Below are positions 50,173 through 51,831 of a stretch of 51,831 nucleotides of DNA, piece after piece. The number at the start of each line of letters is the position of its first letter. The stretch's first letter is position 1. Below the pieces are notes generated by a model. It made no database searches. It was given only the letters and a program-made list of their open reading frames with translations, and was not told where the DNA came from. The position numbers and the translations under genes were made by a program. This DNA comes from an uncultured Gammaproteobacteria bacterium (GTDB taxonomy: Bacteria > Patescibacteriota > Patescibacteriia > UBA2196), in NCBI GenBank assembly GCA_964488715.1, contig CAZAVD010000001.1, positions 1 to 51,831 of the forward strand, given 5' to 3'.

Positions 50173-51831
50173 TTATTTTTTATTTAATTCTATCATTGTT
50201 TTAATAACAGAATCTGGTGTTAATGAAATTGAATCAATTCCTTGTTTTACTAAAAATTGCGCAAAATCTGGAAAATCTGATGGCGCTTGTCCGCAAATTC
50301 CAATTTTAGTTTTTGTTTGTTTGGCTATTTTTATGGCATCAGAAATAAATTTTTTAACAGCTTTATTTTTTTCATTTCCAACATGCGCAATTAGACTTGA
50401 ATCCCTATCCAATCCTAATGTTAACTGCGTCAAATCATTAGATCCAATTGAAAAACCATCAAATAGTTTGGCAAATTCTTTAGCTAAAATAATATTAGCT
50501 GGAATTTCCATCATCATATAAATTTCTAATTTATCTTTGCTACGCTTTAAGCCCTCCTCACTCATAATTTTAATGACTTTTTCAGCTTCGTCAAGTGTGC
50601 GGACAAAAGGAATCATAATTTTAATATTATCTAGTCCCATAACTGTACGAACTTTTTTCAATGCTTGACATTCTAATTGAAAAATTTTAATAAATTTTTC
50701 ATCATAATATCGTGAAGCTCCGCGCCAACCAAGCATTGGGTTTTCTTCTTTTGGTTCAAATTGAGTGCCACCAATTAGATTTGCATATTCATTGGTTTTA
50801 AAATCAGACAAGCGAACAATAACATCTTTAGGATAAAACGCTGCTGCAATTCTTGCGATCCCCTGACTTAATTTATCAACAAAAAATTCTGTTTTATCTT
50901 CATACCCTAAAGTAATTTTATCAATTTGTTTTTGTAAAGCTTTAGAATTAAGCTTATCATAATTTAATAAAGCTAAAGGATGAACTTTAATATAATTATT
51001 AACAATAAATTCTTCTCTGGCCAAACCAACACCATTATTTGGTATAAACGAAAATTCAAAAGCTCTTTCTGGCTCACCAACATTAAGCATTATATTTGTT
51101 TTTGGTTTTTTTAAATTTTTTAAATTTGTTTTTTTGATTTTATAATTTACTATTCCAGAATAAACATTACCTGTCTCACCTTCAGAACAACTAACTGTTA
51201 TATTTTCTTTGTCTTTAATAGATTTAGTTGCATCACCCGTTCCAACAATACATGGCACACCCAATTCTCTGGATACTATTGCGGCGTGACAAGTTCTTCC
51301 ACCAGAATTAGTTACAATAGCACTAGCAATTTTCATTATTGGCACCCAATCCGGATCAGTCATTTCTGTAACCAAAACTTCACCTTGACGAAATTTATTT
51401 ATATCTTTGGAATTCATTATTACATTAGCTTTGCCTTGCCCGATTTTACTTCCTACTGCTTTTCCTTTGCAAATAATTTTAGTTTTTTGACTTTGCTTAA
51501 TAATATATTCTTCTAAAAAATTAATGTCTTTTTGAGAGTGAACAGTTTCCGGACGCGCTTGCACAATAAATAATTGTCCAGTTTTACCGTCTTTGGCCCA
51601 TTCAATATCCATTGGTTTATTATAATGCTTTTCAATAATAACTGCCCATTTTGCTAATTTTATTATTTCACTATTTACTAAAGAAAATTTTTGTTGATCT
51701 TTAATTGAAACTTTAATATTTTTTACATCTTTACCAGAATAAATCATTTTGATTTTTTTGTCACCTAAAGTTTTTGAAATTACTGCATTTTTGTTCTTAG
51801 CAAGTGTTGGTTTAAAAACATAAAATTCATC
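50173..51831 (-). CDS. ppsA: phosphoenolpyruvate synthase (PEP/pyruvate-binding, mobile His and PEP-utilising TIM domains); 5' end outside window
   Basis: GGRTCHAAIVSRELGVPCIVG phosphohistidine motif. C-terminal GICGQAPSD. The frame stays open upstream of the track's ATG to the window end (DEFYVFKPTLAKNKNAVISKTLGDKKIKMIY...). Confidence 0.9.
   Translation of the reverse strand, partial: DEFYVFKPTLAKNKNAVISKTLGDKKIKMIYSGKDVKNIKVSIKDQQKFSLVNSEIIKLAKWAVIIEKHYNKPMDIEWAKDGKTGQLFIVQARPETVHSQKDINFLEEYIIKQSQKTKIICKGKAVGSKIGQGKANVIMNSKDINKFRQGEVLVTEMTDPDWVPIMKIASAIVTNSGGRTCHAAIVSRELGVPCIVGTGDATKSIKDKENITVSCSEGETGNVYSGIVNYKIKKTNLKNLKKPKTNIMLNVGEPERAFEFSFIPNNGVGLAREEFIVNNYIKVHPLALLNYDKLNSKALQKQIDKITLGYEDKTEFFVDKLSQGIARIAAAFYPKDVIVRLSDFKTNEYANLIGGTQFEPKEENPMLGWRGASRYYDEKFIKIFQLECQALKKVRTVMGLDNIKIMIPFVRTLDEAEKVIKIMSEEGLKRSKDKLEIYMMMEIPANIILAKEFAKLFDGFSIGSNDLTQLTLGLDRDSSLIAHVGNEKNKAVKKFISDAIKIAKQTKTKIGICGQAPSDFPDFAQFLVKQGIDSISLTPDSVIKTMIELNKK

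Overview
AT-rich bacterial chromosome segment. By hand count, ordinary genes have about 17-19 G+C per 60 nt. The gene set is small and streamlined, and short GC-rich palindromic repeats are abundant. This looks like a Patescibacteria/CPR-type organism using the standard genetic code, but that assignment is an inference.

Housekeeping genes:
- pilT, uvrA, comM/yifB, rnhB, a short smc-like gene and partial ppsA.
- An Elp3-like radical-SAM/GNAT enzyme, an inositol monophosphatase family gene, a U32 peptidase, an AlkD-like repair protein, a MOP-family flippase and an AsnB-like PP-loop protein.
- Seven tRNAs: Arg-CCT, His-GTG, Lys-CTT, Arg-TCG, Pro-GGG and Gly-TCC.

Toxin-antitoxin loci are dense: BrnT/BrnA, an orphan PIN toxin, XRE-Panacea plus a small toxin, and two AbiEi/AbiEii pairs.

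The centre of the window, from 15.8 kb to about 35.4-36.9 kb, looks like an integrated element or defence island lying directly after tRNA-Pro/tRNA-Gly. It contains:
- a large serine recombinase and small phage-like genes with no virion genes;
- a complete type I R-M operon (half-size hsdS, hsdM, hsdS, hsdR, M48/DUF45 peptidase);
- a Thoeris-like trio (ThsB-like TIR, small 3-TM protein, second TIR-like gene) wedged between hsdM and hsdS, with the first TIR gene broken by a C6 homopolymer frameshift;
- a compositionally foreign four-gene cassette at 31.4-35.4 kb (22-28 G+C per 60 nt, CGN arginine codons). It encodes a P-loop NTPase, a Csx3/Crn3-like protein, a minimal nucleotidyltransferase and a DEAH/RHA helicase. 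It sits behind a consensus promoter and a roughly 310-nt structured leader.

No CRISPR array and no cas gene is visible anywhere in the window. I consider this cassette the best candidate for an undescribed system.

Other notable structure:
- a 160-bp MITE-like element in 3 full copies plus 1 truncated copy;
- short palindromic elements inserted in frame into several CDSs, reminiscent of Rickettsia RPEs;
- a repeat-rich 1.2-kb intergenic region with a 20-bp palindrome family;
- an AbiE cassette inserted into the 3' end of the flippase gene, leaving a relic tail.

All functional calls come from reading motifs by eye. No database search was run.
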